Source of the DNA: Psammoneis japonica
Lineage: Eukaryota
NCBI GenBank assembly: GCA_008632985.1
Contig: QPGO01000072.1
Span: 62,001 to 126,000 of the forward strand
Reading direction: 5' to 3'
DNA: 64,000 nucleotides
Part shown: positions 35,701-48,130 of the stretch, one piece after another
How positions within the stretch are numbered: the stretch's first letter is position 1
Layout of the letters: every line of letters starts with the position of its first letter
Translations under genes and position numbers: made by a program
Notes under the pieces: model-generated
Databases searched by the model: none
What the model saw: only the letters and a program-made list of their open reading frames with translations
What the model was told of the DNA's origin: nothing

Positions 35701-38700
35701 CCTCGCCACTCCTTCGGCGAAAATGAGCATTGCTCCATTCGATGTGACAGCAACGAGGAACGCGCGTTCGCACCAGGGTGTGTCGCCACAAAATTTTGTT
35801 AAATCGCAGGCGTCGCTCGAGATGAGAGGAGCAGTGAATGCCGCCACACCTTCAAAACACTCAGAAAGACTTAGACCAAGCCCCATTGAAACCCCTGAAG
35901 GCCAAGACAAATGCTTGACTTTGGAAGTTCTTTCGTTGTACTGAATACACAGGACTTTGGGTTGACCGGTTGTAGATGACTGCCCGACGCAAGCCACTCG
36001 AAAGTACATATCGCCGTCTTCCATCACTACACCTAGCTCTGTCCAATGGGCGAACGGGCCCTTGATAGCAAAACCACCCGCCCCTGTTCCAAGCATTTCG
36101 GATGATACAACGTTCGGCAACATTTCAAAACTTCCAGAAATCCTACCATCCGAGTCAAATACTAAAGCCAGCACACAAGATGACAAGCAACTATAGAGCA
36201 ACAATCCACTTTGAGACAGATAGACCAGCCCGCATGTGGAGCCTTCACCGAGGCTGCGAACAGCTGACGGCGCATCAGACGGAGTGGTTAAACCAACTCC
36301 AGCAACGGGAATAGAGACGCTGTCTTCATAATCCAGATATCGCTCTCCCTCATCTTCTAAATCCCCCCGACTATCAGCTTTGACATCTACCACATGAGTG
36401 CGACCGGAGTCAAGGAGCAGGAAGAGCTTGACAAAGGTTTCCTTTCGAAGCTCCATTGCATCAGAAGCTTCTTCGCTGGTCCGATGGACCGGCACAAGTG
36501 CTATGTCTCGTATCATCGCTTCGAATGCTAGATTGTAACAAATCACCGGCAGCAAGCGTGCATCGTTCTCCGCTCTTTGAACAGAAAATATTTTTACGAA
36601 AGGGCCGCATGCAACGGCTAACAACGTTTGCGATCCTGGCAGCCATTCGCATTTCAGCAAGTAGTCAGACTCGCATTCTTCAGGCTCCAAATCAAAGATG
36701 AGTTCATAAGTCTTCTCAACTCGATTGCACATCGAATTCAATACCACTATGCAGGCCTCAGCAGTACCCCACACGGCAAGATGGCGCTCATTTTCCCCAC
36801 AGAGTTGCATCCCGACGATATTGAATTTTAAAGGAGACGAGCCCAAAATGCACAACTCGGCTCTGCGTTCAAAAGGAGCGTTGCAGGGTTCTTTGATGTG
36901 TCGCACATTGACAGCTGGTAAACCACTGCAGAATAGAAGGGAGCATGGTTCAGCGATAATCAGCCTTCCTCGGCTGTCTGCTGCAATTGCCCGTCGTTTG
37001 ATTTGATTTCTTGACAGCATCGATCTCTTGAGTTGATTTGTTGTGGAGTCCGCGGAAAGTGCCATCTTCAGCGAATTCGACTTCGCCGCCCTGACAATCA
37101 ACAAATAATGAACAAATACTGGAAACCGTTAGAAGCAAGAGGCGTAAATTGGGAGATGTCGCGAAGACAACTTACCTCAGTGGTAGCATCGCAGTGGCTT
37201 CAAGGGATTGCAGTTCCAGAGCCTGTCCTCGTCGGGCGGCGATAGATCTTCTCAAGGATTCAAAGATATCTTCTGAGCTACGAGCTCCCGAGGCGAGATT
37301 AGCATTCCTACCAACAGGTGGTCCAGAAGTTTCGAATGCGCAGGCATTGTATTGATGAAGAATCAAGCCAAAGAGGGACTTGATCCACGACGACTCGATG
37401 GAGGCTTCTTTCAGATCCGCAATTGACGATTCTGCCTCGCTTCTGAACGATTGGCAAATAAGTTCTAGCCAACGAGGCTCGATCGTTCTACTTTCGCTCG
37501 AGGACGATGGTTTCGGATTCTCCATTTTTATCTCGGGGCTTGCCAATTCGTAAATATTGCGCTCCGACGGCGCCGAAGGACCCAAGGCGTCAGACGAAAC
37601 AGGTGTCATACATTTGCACGAGATGCGGTCTCCCTCGTCCTCGGAAGGACAGTCGCAGTAAAAATTACTGAAATTCAAGGTAAGATAGTACATGTGAAAG
37701 CAGAAGTGAAGAGAGCACCATAGAACTCACCTATGGCGCGAATAGCCGACATCATGCCCATTATGACAAACTCTTGCGCAAACTGAACAGCAACCACGGT
37801 CCCATACAAGTCCGCAAGTGTAGCAATTATACCAGTGTTGATCTTGGAAACCCTTGTCGCGCACATATGAACACACCAGAGCGCCACTCCCGGTTTGTGT
37901 GGTCTTCGAGAAAGTCTTGGCGTTGCTCGTGCCCTTCGTCCCCGGATCTACAAGAACGACACCATCTTCGGGCATTCGTTGGAGCGCCTCGACAACTTCA
38001 ACGACAAACCGGAAGAAACGTTCGAGCGAATGAAGGTCGGGACCAGATGTCGAGTGTATATCAGGGGGGTCTGAAACCAATTTCGAGCCGACGTCTTTCA
38101 GACGACCTATACGCGTTCCCAGCAGGAATAGGAGGTCCAAAACATGATTGACGGGTTGATCGCCGCAACACAACTTGTCGATTCCATCGAGAAGGATCGA
38201 AAACACACGCTGGGTGATGTTTCTGCATCTGTCGCCCGGTCGGGCAAATATAAAACACAACATGTGACTGATCATTTTGCTTTTCTCAATATTTGCTTTG
38301 GATTCGGAAGCAGTCGTCGATTTTGACGGTATCAAACAAATATCTTCCAGTAAGACTATAGAGAGTCGAGCATCATCGAGTCTTTCGAAAACAGAAGCCA
38401 TGGAGTCTGCTAGCTCGGTTATGCCAAGACATGACAGTCCCGAGAGCGTGCGAGCCAAACAAGCGTTCGCGTCAGAATTCAATTTCGCCTGGTCATGGAA
38501 CAGCAGCGACACCATTTCCGTTATCGCTCGTCGCCGCGTTGCTTCAGATCGCCACTCAAGAACAAGAAGCTTGCATTCGAGAGGTAAAGGCGTTTTGAGG
38601 AATGTCCCAGTACACTCCACTGAACCAACGATACACTTTAGCAGGAGACCAGTCGGGTAACCGAGGAAACCGGCTGTTTTCAGGTACCCGTCCTCAACCT

Positions 38701-41700
38701 TCAGACTTTCTTCGCCTCCGGTAGGTGACGAGGACAATAAAAGAGCACCGCTTTTCTCGTCAAAGACATCTTCCACTCGGTTTGCTTCGATTGCTTGGAT
38801 TAGACCTTCGAGAATAATATTCGAAGCAGTTACATCCTGCTGTGCCATCTTTTTCGCAGTCAACATGTCCCCAATCACAATCATAGAGGACACGGCAGTG
38901 CGTAGGAACTGCATATGCTCCAAATCCATCATGAGCTCTGAATCAATTGATAGATTTGCTGCCACCGCATAGCAAGTCAGTGTACAGTCATTGCTGCGAA
39001 GACTCGTTGATGACATTGCTGGTAAAAGAGACAAAAATCGCCAAACGGACGCCTTAGTGCTGTCCGCAACAGAGGAAGCGACTTTCAAATCTTCGACAAA
39101 TCGAAGTGGTTTTATATAATCAACTACTCCGTCGTCGTCTGTTTCAAGTTGATTAAGAGCGTGACGACCGCGCCCAACTGCTCCACTCAATCCAAAGCGC
39201 AAAAGAGCTGCCGCCGGCATGGCGTTTGACACAGTTGTTTCGTACACTCGCCTCCAGCGTTCGGCGCCCAACATAAAGTCATTTGTCTCCTTATTTGAAG
39301 GATTGTGCAGCAAGTTTTCTGATTTCAGTTCGAGAGAAGATCCAAGAAGCGCGACCGACAGTAGTAACTCCCACTCCCCAGCAGCACGGAGCTCGCCTAG
39401 AGTTGGCTCCCAATCATCAAAAGTAATGGTTCGAGTTCCGAACATTCCGTTTATTCTTTGCACCGAATTGGGACACCAAGCACCCAATGCAAATGCTTTG
39501 CTATCCCTGGAAGGAACACCAAGCACACCTTTCAACACCTCCTTGTCCACTTTACAGATCCGAGAGATCACGTTCACATAGTCCGGAAAAAGTTTCAGTA
39601 CCAACTCTTCGGGTTTCTTCCGGATCATAAAACACAGCTGAAGTGCAAGCGCAGATCGTCGATCCGCGTCTGGACCATGTTTGACACTAGACTTTATGCC
39701 TTCGAACCAGCATTGCACGTAGCGAGTGTGTGCGTACTGAGCTAACTTGTTGTAGCATGTAATAGCCCTCTCCGCCACAGCTACAGTCTCGCTTGCATTC
39801 ATTCCGCTGCGAATCTCGCAGCTCGTATCTAGCCAATCAGGATGCAATGGAGCCGCACCAAATGCGAGGGAAGCTTCATGAAGTCGGTTGATTCCGTCCA
39901 TTCTTGCGTCCTCGTCAGACTCAGAATCATTCTCGGAATCGCATTTGTCGTCATAAGAATCCATGTCTCTGGCGTTGCTTCGCTTCAGTGGTTTACGACC
40001 CTGTGTGCTCTGGAAGAAGGAGTCGTTACCCGCTGTAGTGTACTGTGACACAATAAAGGCGACATAGACCGACAGGGCCTCAAATAGCGCGAAACCACCC
40101 AAGGAAAGAGAATCAAGTTCCTCGCTAACAAGAGCCTCGACCAATGCATCCGCCTTATCCATCATGGTCTTCAGCGTGTGTTTAATCTGAAATGTCGAAG
40201 CCTTTTTTCCTTTGTCGCGTTTCCTCAAAACACTCGAGAGCAGGGAATGAGAGGTGGCGCTGTCGTCACCATGGATTTCGCGGTTGGCACGACACATGTC
40301 GTCCCGCAGCTCAATGAGAAGCTCAGGTGCAACACCAGAAACTGAATCTGAGCGGGTTTTTTTAATCGTGAGTTTAGCGGTGTCCCATGCGCTGGCCTTA
40401 CCCGATGCATTCCAAGCTGCAAATAGAAGGTGGCATTTATCATTGGGCGCCGACGACATTCCAAGCTCGAGCGACGCTCGAAAGATCAAAGTCAATTTCT
40501 TTTTCAAATCGCCATCTAACGGCTTTGCCCGGTCCGGAAGGCTAACCTCTGGAATCAACGGTGACTCCCAATATAAGAAAAGTCCCATGAAGCATTGTTC
40601 GCTAGTGTACCAATCGTCATTAGGGTGCAAAGTTCCTCCCACGTCGTTGCGCGTTGAGATTGTCGGAAGACTATAGTGGCTCTGACCGACATGCCTAAAC
40701 AGAGAATCCCGGAGGCTTGGCGCAACATAAACAGTGTGAACAACCGTCACAGAAACAGTTATAAGTCGAGCAAGAAACCTTGAAACTGCGCTTGTACTGC
40801 AAAGTAGAGTCCTGTGCGGTTCGTTTGAATCAAGGGAAGACAGGCAAGCGAAAAGCATATTGACGAGATTCGACAAGCACGTTTCTTGTTCCTTCACTGG
40901 GAGGCGACAAAGTGCCGTCACGAAAAGCATTGAATCTCGAAGAGACAGTGGCACGCATCCACTTGGTAGAGCTCTTCCATTACCATACGGAAAAGTCCAT
41001 TCTGCAATGATGGTGAGGTCCTGAAGCGCCATCTCGATTGAAGTCAGATATGCGTTAACGATGAAGCGCTCTGGTGACGCGTCATCGCCATCTTTCAAAG
41101 GTTCACTCGCGAGATTAGAGGATACCAAGGCATGATGGATCGCTGGAAGGAAGAGAGGCCAGCTGTCTCTTCCTTCTTTCCCCCCGGATGCACTATCATC
41201 AATGGCAGCCACGGCGCGGAAAACAGCAAGGCGAGTAGACGAATCTCCAAGTATCGGGCCATTCGTGGCTTCGCGCCGTTGGGAGTCGTATGATGTTGTC
41301 TCCCGTCCGAGAACTATGCAAAGGTTGGTATGAGCAGTCCTACATCCACCAGCAACGAAATATTGGTAAACAGGGCAGACGTAACGTCGAAAGAATGCAA
41401 GGACGCAGAGCAACCTACCATAAAATCCTTTCGGCGTGGGTAAACCCCCCACCGCTAGAGCCACCGAAAACAAAGGGGCCCTTCTTTGTCCCATCACTTC
41501 TGGTCTGAATGCGAGTTCGTACCAACGTCTGGTCAAGCATTACTCCGAGTTGGACAAAGTCACACATGTGATGACACTTAAAGGATCCACGCAACGAAAT
41601 GCGAAGAGGGGACCGAGCGGACGCATGTGGCTGTGGCTGAAAACACATTCGAATCACATTCAAGACATCCGCCGCGAGTGCCGAGCGGGTTGAATTGATA

Positions 41701-43905
41701 TCTCTGCAACACCAAAGAGAAAGAATAACAGTGAGGCTTATGTATCCAAGCGACAATCTCTGATCACTATTCGCCTAGACTCACTTTTTCATGGGAGTAG
41801 ACGCCGATTCTTCCGTGTCAGCAACCGCTTGAGCTGTCGCGTCCTCCTTGCTCGTTCCCACCTTTCGCCGCTTGCTCTTGGTGGCGGGCGATTTCTTGCG
41901 CTTGCCACGTTTCTTGGGTGCTTCTTTGGGTGGCTCGCTAACGGTTTCTTCTAGAGGTGTATCGTAACAACAGCGAACAATACCCAGCAGTCTTGAAAAC
42001 AAATTCTCTGCAGCAGGCCCATCACTCGCGACGGCACGAAGATACAAGGACAATAGTTCATCCGGGGACACTGATCTTTGATCCTTGGCGCCTCGCGATG
42101 ATTCACTAAAGACTCCACCAAAGGTACACGCGTCGTTGTGCGTGGCTCCCTTCTTTTTACGACCACCAGCTCTTGTCTTTGCCGGCATGGTTGGCACTGG
42201 CAAATCGACGTCCAGATGAAACTGCTTCGTCAGATCTTCTGAATCGCCTCCTCCTCCTGCTGCTGCTTGGCTACTGCTTCTACTTGAGGATGCGGCATCT
42301 TCTTCTGCATTTAGTGAATTGCGAAGACATTCTTGTAAATTCACGATACCAAACGAGATCAGCTTGGAATCCACCACTTGGTTCGTGCCACCCACCAAGC
42401 AACAGGCAGAGGCAAACCCCAAGAGTCGACGGACCGAATCGGACACGTCGACACTGGCAGACTTCACGACACTCGATGCCGCCGCACGGCACAACGAATC
42501 GAGTGCCTTGTTGCAAAAGGGGTAGAATCGTGCCATTTTGACATTTTCTGCGGTAGTAACGACGGAACGTGAGTCTTGGTCTCCCACCAACTGTTCTTCC
42601 TTGCAGTGTTCTTGTACACACGTCGTGTGTGCCTGAATGAGCCAATACGACGCGACAGTAGCAGCATCACGAATATCGGGCCGTTCCCATGCATGCTTTT
42701 TCGCCGCAGGCTTGCTGCGCTTGGAAGAAGGCAAGAGCGTGGCTGCGTATGCATCCAAACCACACGTTGGGGCTCGGACACCACAGGCATTGCCACTTTC
42801 CGACAAGACATCCAAAAATCTCGATACCAACGCCACGAGGGCAACATTGCCCGGAACTTGCACCATGGTCGGTGCGGCCGCTGCGGCGGCGGCGGTCGTG
42901 CGTTTCTTGCCACGGCCTGGACTGCTGGTCACCTTGGGAGTAGGAGCTTGCGCGGCTGGACAGTCTAGCACGTCTGCCCAATGCTCGACGTTGGATAGCA
43001 TTTGAATCACTCCCTCTAAAAGCACTTCTTGTCCACGACACAGCCATACAAAAGCCATGGACGCCCATCGACGGATCGAGACACGACCCTCCATGACGAT
43101 TGCATTGGCTTCGTGTAATTGTTCCAATTCCTGAAACCGCTGTACCAACAAGGCCGCACCCTTTTTGGTGGCCTTTTTTGGCGCCAGCGCCGCAAGACAC
43201 GCGTCTTCTGCTTGTTTGAAAACCGCCGTCGAAATGGCAGCACACGCGTCCGCAATGTCTTGTTCATGAGGCTCGTCTTGAACAAGACGTCCCTGTGCTG
43301 CCGCCGTCCACGACTCGTCTCCGGAATGAGACTTGGGCGGTGTCGAGTTGGACAAGTGCACCACGGCCTCGAGAGATTGTAAACACGCCCAGAGTGCGTG
43401 GCGTCGCAAGGGAGAATCATCATTCTTGGATTCCACAATACCCGTCAGAGCCGTGGTGGATCCAATCGTGACGGCGCAAATGGCTCGGCCCGCAACGCTC
43501 CGAGCCACCTTGCTGTTCGCAGCAGCGTGGGCGCATTTTTCCAACTTGACTCTGTCGCTAAGCAGAATGAGAGAAAGATATCGACATGTGATTGCCAAGA
43601 CGCAAGCGTCCTTTTGGAGGACCGTCAATCGGTGAATCACGTGCGTGGCTAGCAAAATCCAGTATCCATCTGCTGCGATATCATTGTCAATCAAGGACTG
43701 AAGAGCTTCGGAACAACGCTTGGGGTTCTTGGATAAAGACAAAAGCTCTTGTACAAGCGTCACGAGACTGCGCGGCTTTTTCTTTTTGGGAGAAGCCGCG
43801 GCGCTGCATCAAAAACGAAACGTGTAAGAACATACCGATGAAACGTGAACAGAAGCAGCAGCAGCACGTTTCCACTTACTCTCCGCGCTTGCGTTTCGGT
43901 GCCAT
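29764..43905 (-). CDS. UBR4: UBR4/BIG/p600 N-terminal part, ~4585 aa (exons 43905-43880, 43803-41785, 41703-41419, 41339-37731, 37667-37176, 37090-29764)
   Basis: UBR box CSYVRDKGFQDQHWYNCYTCGL...[27 protein letters not shown] (across an intron); WD-like region; DOC-like RWYDLPL; ZZ finger CDSCSLFPITDKRF..DIDLCAQCF; GRF-like CEAHG...NKNRRFYVC...CNYFKW; Cys-rich [33 protein letters not shown]...FLCVECGYC. Five GT-AG introns give a 13758-nt in-frame CDS ending in TGA. Confidence 0.88.
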
Positions 43906-44551
43906 TGTCACTGGCGCTTACAGTATGATGAATTAATCAATCAGTTCACTGTCTATCAACTCTGTCGAATACTAGAGAGTGTCGGTGTTGAAAATGATGG
44001 CTGTCGCACTCGGCATGGTCTGTGTCGCGAGGAGCCTTGATAGCTTTTCACGAAATATTCCGCGCGTGGATTTCCCCTGCGAGCAAAATCAAAATCGCGC
44101 ATCAGGAGGATTTTCTCGCGCACGTTTGCGCGGTTATTAGACTGTGTAGGCGTGCGTACGTGTGTGAGGTGTAAGTAGAATATACGTAGAATTACTACTG
44201 AGTGAGTTGACATGCGGTGGATTTTCCGCTGGTACACAATCTACGTGGTCTACTTGGAAGATAAATTTATGTTTATCTCCGATGCTTTTACATATCATTA
44301 AAATTTCTTTTTTCTTTAAAATATATATACCGCAATTCAAAAATCTTACAGAACACCCCGAAAGAACTCTGGAATCTGGATAAAAAAAAATTCTATTTAA
44401 TGGTGCGAACAGGGTTGTCGCGAAGCGCTTCTCAAAATAACTTCAGATTGGATATAGTGAAACATCTACTATTACCAAAACACAGTGACTATCGGATAAA
44501 TAGATCCCGTGTTCTTCGCGCGCAAACAACACGATAACGCACAACAACACC

Positions 44552-44878
44552 ATGGCGAGAAACGCGAACGCCGTCCCCTCATCTACAAGCTGGGAATACG
44601 AGATACTATTGAAGTGGTTGGACAATATGTATGCGCTGTACTCATGGGTCAAGTTGGGTTTCTTCTCGCTGCTTGTTGTTGCGTCATTTTACAACGTTTT
44701 GACCCACGCCGTGTTCTTTGCTTTGTCGCTTCTAATTCTGCTCGCGCTCAACCAACAGCTCTTCCTGCAGGGTATGGCTAGTTGCACGGCTGCATCGAAC
44801 CCAAACGTGCGCGACCAACTAGCCCTACCCCGGCTAACTCATACTTATATATCCATTCTTGGAGGTTGGAATGAATGA
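44552..44878 (+). CDS. Possible small hydrophobic membrane protein
   Basis: ATG in an ACCATGG context, two hydrophobic stretches, divergent from UBR4-N; no homology recognised. Confidence 0.3.
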   Translation: MARNANAVPSSTSWEYEILLKWLDNMYALYSWVKLGFFSLLVVASFYNVLTHAVFFALSLLILLALNQQLFLQGMASCTAASNPNVRDQLALPRLTHTYISILGGWNE

Positions 44879-44929
44879 GTATTTGCCAAAAAATTCAAAA
44901 ATGAAGTTTCTCCCGATCGCTTTTTCTCT

Positions 44930-45330
44930 TGTCTTATGCATCCCATTGTTAAGCTTCTAACGAATTACTTTGTTGTCGGATGCATCCCACTGTACTTGTA
45001 TAGCATCTTAAAAGAATTTGTGGGTCACAGCGTTAAATGGGATCACGACCAGGTTGCTTTATTTATCATACAGCATTTGTTGTCGGATGCATCCCACTGT
45101 GTAAATGGGATCACCAAGTTGCTCTATTTAATATACAGCATTTGGTGTCGGATGCATCCCACAGTATGGCTTCTAAACAATTTACGGGTCACAATGTTAA
45201 ATGGGATCACGAGTTGCTTTATTTATCATACAGCAGCATTTGCTGTCGGATGCATCCCACAGTATGGCTTCTAAACAATTTACGGGTCACAACGTTAAAT
45301 GGGATCGCCACGTTGCTCTATTTATCATAT
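44930..45330. repeat. Degenerate tandem repeat (units of ~65-107 bp) carrying a GGATGCATCC palindrome
   Basis: tgtcggatgcatcccac at about 44973, 45080, 45146 and 45244; gggtcaca...gttaaatgggatc recurs three times. Confidence 0.8.
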
Positions 45331-45477
45331 CGCAGCGCTATTGCCTACTAAATATTGAAGGGATGCAGTATTCGGAAGAGGAAGCAAATAACGATATCCT
45401 TTCACTTTTTTTCACAACGGGGACAACAATCTCCTCACAAAATTGTGTCTGCGGCAGCTGTCAAGATCCCTTGCAAG

Positions 45478-46486
45478 ATGAAACTACTAGTCAAAGGTCT
45501 TCTTTGTATTTTGCCGCTAGCGTTCAGTGGAGCAGCAGGTACGAAACTCGAAACTCCGAACTTACAATGGGAGCGTATAACGTGCTGTTTGATTTCGTTG
45601 AACCATTGCGTGGCCATAATCCGTGTTCCTTTCTTTTTCACATTCTTCCTCAGACTATTACCCTTCACCCACCCCAAAGCCCAGTAAGCAAAAGGGGGCG
45701 TGTTGTTTGCCATATGGGGATTGCAAAACCGTTCATTCCGAGCGTAAATGTGTCAAAAAGCTGGATGGTGTATTTCTTGGATTCAATAAGAAGTGCAAGG
45801 ACGTGACCTGCCCTGCGCCGACGCCGTCGCCTACGTCAAAGCCCACGAAGAAACGTGGAGCATGCTGTGTCCCACATGGAAAGTGCCGTCGCGTTCCCGA
45901 ACCTGTATGCCTAGACAAGTTGGGAGGCTCTTTCAAAGGCTTGGGCACCAAATGTAAAGATTCTTGTCCGGTATCTCCAATGCCGAAGCGCGGAGCGTGT
46001 TGCTTGCCAGATGGAGCGTGCAAAAGCGTTCCTTCCGAAAAAGTGTGTGAGGACAAGTTCTATGGTTGGTTTCAGGGTGTCTCAACCAAGTGCAAGCAAG
46101 TTTCTTGCGGAGCTCCAAGCAGTTCCAGTGGAAGCAAGGGTGGCTCCTCTGGCTCAAGCAGCAAGAGTAAGGGTGGCTCCTCTGGCTCAAGCAGCAAGAG
46201 CAAGGGCGGCTCCTCTGGTTCAAGCAGCAAGAGCAAGGGCGGCTCCTCTGGTTCAAGCAGCAAGAGCAAGGGCGGCTCCTCTGGCACAAGCAGAAAGAGC
46301 AAGGGTGGCTCCTCTGGCACAAGCAGAAAGAGCAAGGGCGGCTCCTCTGGCTCAAGTAGAAAGAGCAAGGGCGGCTCCTCTGGCTCGAGCGGTAAGAGCA
46401 AGGGCGGCTCCTCTGGCTCGAGCGGTAAGAGCAAGGGTGGCTCCTCTGGCTCGAGCGGTAGCAGCAAAGACAAGTATTATTACTAG
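45478..46486 (+). CDS. Secreted silaffin-like/cell-wall candidate: three GACC Cys-rich modules plus a Gly/Ser/Lys tandem repeat (exons 45478-45538, 45654-46486)
   Basis: Signal peptide MKLLVKGLLCILPLAFSGAA; GTACGA...CAG intron giving D-YYPSPTPKP; 3x KxGACC(L/V)PxGxC...C...G.F.G...KC; 10x GGSSG(S/T)S(S/R/G)KSK; C-terminal YYY. Confidence 0.8.
46133..46465 (+). repeat. Coding minisatellite, 33-bp unit, about 10 copies
   Basis: agcaaggg(c/t)ggctcctctgg... repeats in frame. Confidence 0.95.
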
Positions 46487-47141
46487 TAGCTGGTACGGCT
46501 GCGAATAGTGAAAGGGTGGCAAATTAGTTTAAGAATCATATCGACCAACAACCACGTCCGCATTGTATCTGATGTGCAAAACTTGTTCAGCTAGCTATAT
46601 GCGTACGAATCGATTCCTTCATCATCTCACCGATTCGAAACGAGGAGCAGACACACGTCGTTGTTCGTGGAAACCTTACCGTACACGCGCTGCTTGATTG
46701 CGCGTCTTGCGGTTCTCCAGTAACGAATTGTTCCATGGATAGCATTCGAATTCCTTCTTCGTGCTCGTCAACCACGCCAATGACGGATTTGTCTCATTCG
46801 ACAAGGTGGACTGAGTTCTATCTCTTCCGAGCAAGGCCGAGTATAGAAATCGCCCTCTTCCACGACACTTGATGTTCTCGATTACCTTCATCACATACCT
46901 TATTCATGGTGTTTGAGGAAACAGCCTTGCCGTCGGTAGTGGATAAGTTCAACTTGTACAAGACTGTTTTCCTTATCCAGGTCCCAAACATACCAGTAGC
47001 GTTCCTCCATCGTCGTCAGAAGAACACTCTGCTCGTGTCGCTACTAAAAGTAGAGTGATCCTTGGCTCAGGTTGACTTGTCTTCATAGTTGTTGCTCTTG
47101 AAAAGATACTTTTCTACTTTTTGGGTGGGTCTAATCTTGTG

Positions 47142-47795
47142 CTAGTCCATTTCATCCAGAATCGCTGTGAGTATGACCATGAGGACTTGATCCGTTCCTG
47201 GATTGATCTTGAGTATCGAGGAATTGTGCGTTCCACGTTTGATGTAATTGCACTGACGGCCTTTTCTGTACACATACGAGGTAAAGTCATTGTCTCGTCG
47301 CGTCGCGTAGGTTGGTTTTTCGTCTGGTTGCTGGTTATCCAACATGACGGTGACGGTAGTCGAACTAACTTTCTCATAGACCTTGGCGTATAGGTACAGA
47401 ACTATGCCTCCCTCGTATTTAAGTGTAGATTCTTGGCCTTCATAGAGTGGCACGGGTGTGTAAATTTTGAATTTATCCTTGGCCGAAAGGACATCGTTAC
47501 GAATCATGAGCGCCACAAGGTTTCCACTTGCATCCTTCATGTCCATTTGATCGCCTTTTAGAATTCCACGCTTGCCTTTGATTGTTAAACCATAAAAACT
47601 GCTTTGATCGCAATATTTCAGGATATAACTGTTTCCTCCTTTTCCTTGAAAGGATTGTTTATACATGACAACTTCGGAAACTGAATCGGTCGATATCTTT
47701 GCACCTTGCTTGGCGCCAATCACCGGAATGTTGGGATCCACTGGATGGACATATTCGAAGACTTCTTCCACCGGACGAGAATCAGCGCAGCCCAT
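47142..47795 (-). CDS. Tubby-C/LURP-one-like protein with an MGC N-terminus (possible lipidation)
   Basis: 217-aa ORF; MKDASGNLVALM, FKIYTPVP and a C-terminal INPGTDQVLMVILTAILDEM helix typical of this fold. Confidence 0.65.
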   Translation of the reverse strand: MGCADSRPVEEVFEYVHPVDPNIPVIGAKQGAKISTDSVSEVVMYKQSFQGKGGNSYILKYCDQSSFYGLTIKGKRGILKGDQMDMKDASGNLVALMIRNDVLSAKDKFKIYTPVPLYEGQESTLKYEGGIVLYLYAKVYEKVSSTTVTVMLDNQQPDEKPTYATRRDNDFTSYVYRKGRQCNYIKRGTHNSSILKINPGTDQVLMVILTAILDEMD

Positions 47796-48130
47796 TTCTT
47801 ACCTCAGTAGAAGGTAAGAGGACTGTTGCAAGTGAGATTGTTCTTGTCGCCGTCGACTTCTCGACTTCATCCAACGTTTGGTTTACGGTCAAAAAAAAGT
47901 TCCGTGCGCCCAAGTTCAAAAGTTGGGAAGTTGAAGTGCCGGCGCGGAATCAAAAGTGCGCGAAACGCGCGGAAATTTTTTGAAATTGAGTGAGCGAGGC
48001 ATGCAACGTTGGTCCGCGCTGAGGTGGCGGGAACATCATGATCAACAACTGCATCACGAATCATCACAAGAACATCACCTCGATAACTCATTCATAATTT
48101 CCATTCATCTCTTCAAAAGAATAACCATCC

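Noticed and set aside
44930..45330. CRISPR-like array of palindromic repeats
   Set aside because: The spacers are similar to each other, spacing is irregular, the context is eukaryotic and there are no cas genes.
46011..46508. Alternative-frame and antisense repetitive ORFs (ARAAPL..., LLLEPEEPP...)
   Set aside because: Shadows of the 33-bp coding minisatellite.
46587..47100. Possible minus-strand gene fragment
   Set aside because: Only short ORFs, with no coherent splice model or recognisable motif.
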